NCBI GenBank assembly: GCA_046290465.1
Contig: JBKAGP010000001.1
Location: 4,736,001-4,800,000 of the forward strand
DNA: 64,000 bases
Direction of reading: 5' to 3'
Source of the DNA: Planctomycetota bacterium
Lineage (GTDB): Bacteria > Planctomycetota > UBA1135 > UBA2386
Position numbers and translations under genes: made by a program. Shown here piece by piece: positions 61,465 to 64,000 of this stretch. Position 1 is the first letter of the stretch, and each line of letters begins with the position of its first letter. The notes below the pieces were generated by a model. It had not been told where the DNA came from. It was given only the letters and a program-made list of their open reading frames with translations, and searched no databases.

Positions 61465-63252
61465 ATGAAGAAGGCCGCGCTGTGCGCGCTGACCCTGTCG
61501 CTCTCGTGCCTGCTCGCTGCGCAGCAGCGGGATCCTCTGTTCGGTACCGTGCTCGGTGACGACGGCGCGCCGATCGCGGGCGCCACGGTGACGATCGTCG
61601 AGGACGACGTCGATCTGGTCGGCATCGACCCGGTCGACGTGATCACCGTCACCGCCGACAAGCGGGGGCGCTTTGCGGCGCAGGCGCTCCGTGGCGTGCG
61701 CTACTCGGCGTTTGCGGTCGGGCCGGTCGTCGACGGGCGGGCCAGGGTCGGCAAGGCGGTGGCCGACCTCGCGTGCGGCATGCAGGTCGAGCTGCTCGCG
61801 GACTTCACCGGCCATGCGCGGCGGGTGCAGCTGCCGTCGGTCGCGGCGTGGGGCGACCGCGACGACCTGCGTGTGCGGCTGCGTTGGGACCACTGCCCGG
61901 GCCACGTCGTCGATCTGCCGATCGACGAGCGGGGGGGCGTCGACGTGCCGGTCGCGAGCGTCACGGCCGCGGCGTTCCTGGTCGACACGTCCGGGGCTCG
62001 GCTCGGCCGCGTCTGGATTCCGCCGGACCCCGATCGTGGCGAGGCCGTCGTGCCGGAGCGGCGCGTCGTGCCGGTCGAGGTCGTCGACGCGACCGGGCAG
62101 CCGGTGGTCGGTGCCAGGGTCACGCACATCGGCCGGGAGAGCCATCAGGACGCGTGGGGGCTGGTCGTCTACGAGCACTTCCGCGGGGCCTCGGCGACGA
62201 CCGACGCCAGCGGCCGCGCCGGCATCGGCGTCGAGATGTGGAGCGATCCGTTCGCGCAGAAGCCCGACACGTATGTGTTCGTCGCGCACCAGGCCGGCTT
62301 CGGCGAAGGCGCATCTGGCTGGCTCCATCACGAGGCGTTCGTCGACCACGAGGTCGTCGAACGTCACCAGAAGGGCCGGCTGCGCATCACGATGCCCGAG
62401 GCCTCCCAATACGAGGTCGAGCCGCTGCCGACGGCGTTGCGCGGTCGCGAGCTGCGGTTGTTCGCGGCCGGCTACGTGACGCAGAACCAGGGTGGCTTCA
62501 ACATGCACCACTACCTGTTCCGCGACCATGCGATGCAGGTCGCGGCGGACGGCGCGTGGACGATCGCCGCGCCGATGGCTCGCAGCGATCGGTTCGTGCT
62601 GCGCGTTCCGCCGATCGACGGCCGGCCGGTGCTGTTGCTACCCGCCGCCACGCCCAACGTGCTGGCCGAACAGGATCGGCTCGAACCGCTGTCGGTCCGG
62701 CTGCGCGACGCGTCGGGTGGCCCCGCGGTCGGCGCGCAGGTGCTGGTGGTGCCGGACGACCCGCACACGCTCGACTTCGAGCACGCGGTGCGCCTGGTCA
62801 GTGACCAGGCCGGGCGCGTGCAGGCGCTGCTGCAGCAGGGGCGATGGAACCTGATCGCGATGACCGACACGGAGTGGATCGCGACCGGGCTGGAGCAGTG
62901 GCCGCCGCCAAAGGAGCTGCCGCTGCAGCTGCAGCCGAAGCCGTCGCGGGTCGTGCGCGTGCTCGACGGCGACGGCGCGCCGGTGCCGGGGGCGAAGTTC
63001 GAGCCCGGCAACTTCCGAACCGGACCCGGCGGGCGCGGCATCTCCGGTATCCTGAGCCAGCTCGGCTGGAACTCGGTCGGCCAGCACGTTCGCCGTGCGG
63101 TGACGGACGCCGATGGCCGGGCGACGCTGCGGTTCCTGCCGTGGCCGGGAACCGAGGTGAAGGTGTTTGCGTGGCGCGGCAACTTCCGCAACCGTACGGA
63201 CGACCACGCGCTGGCCGAAGGCGACGAGCCGCTGGTCCTGCGGTTGCGATGA
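61465..63252 (+). CDS. Secreted protein with carboxypeptidase-regulatory-like repeats
   Basis: Signal peptide MKKAALCALTLSLSCLLAAQ; GTVLGDDGAPIAGATV, VVDATGQPVVGARV, VLDGDGAPVPGA. Confidence 0.75.
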   Translation: MKKAALCALTLSLSCLLAAQQRDPLFGTVLGDDGAPIAGATVTIVEDDVDLVGIDPVDVITVTADKRGRFAAQALRGVRYSAFAVGPVVDGRARVGKAVADLACGMQVELLADFTGHARRVQLPSVAAWGDRDDLRVRLRWDHCPGHVVDLPIDERGGVDVPVASVTAAAFLVDTSGARLGRVWIPPDPDRGEAVVPERRVVPVEVVDATGQPVVGARVTHIGRESHQDAWGLVVYEHFRGASATTDASGRAGIGVEMWSDPFAQKPDTYVFVAHQAGFGEGASGWLHHEAFVDHEVVERHQKGRLRITMPEASQYEVEPLPTALRGRELRLFAAGYVTQNQGGFNMHHYLFRDHAMQVAADGAWTIAAPMARSDRFVLRVPPIDGRPVLLLPAATPNVLAEQDRLEPLSVRLRDASGGPAVGAQVLVVPDDPHTLDFEHAVRLVSDQAGRVQALLQQGRWNLIAMTDTEWIATGLEQWPPPKELPLQLQPKPSRVVRVLDGDGAPVPGAKFEPGNFRTGPGGRGISGILSQLGWNSVGQHVRRAVTDADGRATLRFLPWPGTEVKVFAWRGNFRNRTDDHALAEGDEPLVLRLR

Positions 63253-63295
63253 ACCACGTGCGCGCGGCGCCGTTGAAGCGGCCGCAATGGATGCG

Positions 63296-64000
63296 ATGAA
63301 GATGCGACCTTGGCAGCAGGTGGCCGTGGCGGCGGCGCTCGCGGCAGGCGTGCCGCTGCGCGGCCAGGATCTGGTCGAGGCCGTGCGCGCCGGCGATGCG
63401 GCCGCGGTCTCGGCCGCGGCCGATGCGGTCGATGCGCCGTCCGTCGGCGACGTCAACGGCCTGCTCGCCCTGCTGCAGGCGGGCAGTGCGGCCAAGGCGA
63501 CCGCGGCGCAGCGCGTCGCGGCCGAACTCGCGTTCTCGCTGATCGGGTGGTGGTCGCTGCAGGACGTCGATGTAGCCAGCGGCCTCTACGACCGCTTCGA
63601 GGCGCGGGACTGGCCCCGGCTCGACCAGCAACTGCTCGAACTCGCCGCGCTGGGCGGTGCCGACGGCACCGAGCGCGCGGCGCGGTTGCTCGGCAGTGAC
63701 GATCGTGGCAAGCGGCGGCAAGGCGCGCGCATGCTGCGGCTCGTGGGCGGCGACCGGGCGACGCTCGAGGCGGCGATCGCCGGCATGCTGGATGGCGACG
63801 ACGCCGAGTTCGTGCTCGGACTGGAGCTGGTCTGGGAGTTCGAGATCGCCTCCGAAGACCTGCGGCGCCGGCTCGAGCGACGCTACGAATCGTCCGCTTC
63901 GCACGCAGAACGTCTGCAGGTGCTGCGGGCGATGGTGCGTGGCGGTGGCTTCACGACCGCATGGCTGCTGGCGCAACGTGCCGAGCTGTCGGGGGACGCG
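63296..64000 (+). CDS. Secreted helical-repeat hypothetical protein, 3' truncated by window edge
   Basis: ATG at 63296, MKMRPWQQVAVAAALAAGVPLRGQ signal peptide; frame appears open to the window end; absent from the ORF track because it has no stop. Confidence 0.65.
   Translation, partial: MKMRPWQQVAVAAALAAGVPLRGQDLVEAVRAGDAAAVSAAADAVDAPSVGDVNGLLALLQAGSAAKATAAQRVAAELAFSLIGWWSLQDVDVASGLYDRFEARDWPRLDQQLLELAALGGADGTERAARLLGSDDRGKRRQGARMLRLVGGDRATLEAAIAGMLDGDDAEFVLGLELVWEFEIASEDLRRRLERRYESSASHAERLQVLRAMVRGGGFTTAWLLAQRAELSGDA

Overview
High-GC bacterial chromosomal window with no tRNA/rRNA, CRISPR array or transposase seen. The gene content (many ECF sigma/anti-sigma pairs, a long GreA, a signal peptidase I with a large insertion, ELWxxDGT-repeat and other secreted proteins sharing a C-terminal domain) suggests an uncultured Planctomycetota; this is inference. 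Recognisable genes: methylcrotonoyl-CoA carboxylase beta subunit, an enoyl-CoA hydratase, a MoxR-DUF58-transglutaminase operon, greA, two PilT-like ATPases, flagellin, lptB, lepB, dacB, lepA, an EF-P-like gene, acr3, a sialate O-acetylesterase and a PhoD-like phosphatase. Most notable observations: (1) a translationally coupled lipid-tailoring cluster at 42.1-50.6 kb (FAAL, desaturase, ACP, short cyclopropane-synthase-type methyltransferase, acyl-ACP thioesterase, two GNAT-like proteins, a DUF6125-like protein), i.e. a jamABC-like cassette with no PKS/NRPS and a candidate operator; (2) a secreted selenoprotein-N-like gene split by an in-frame UGA followed by a SECIS-like hairpin; (3) an EF-P paralogue lacking the PGKG/PGRG loop; (4) a histone-H1-like tail fused to an apparently inactivated PD-(D/E)XK fold; (5) a REP/REPIN-like palindrome family in three places; (6) a MshEN-bearing degenerate PilT next to pilT and a sigma28-type flagellin gene; (7) a pseudogene-rich zone at 33.8-36.1 kb. 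All assignments come from reading motifs by eye; no database search was run.
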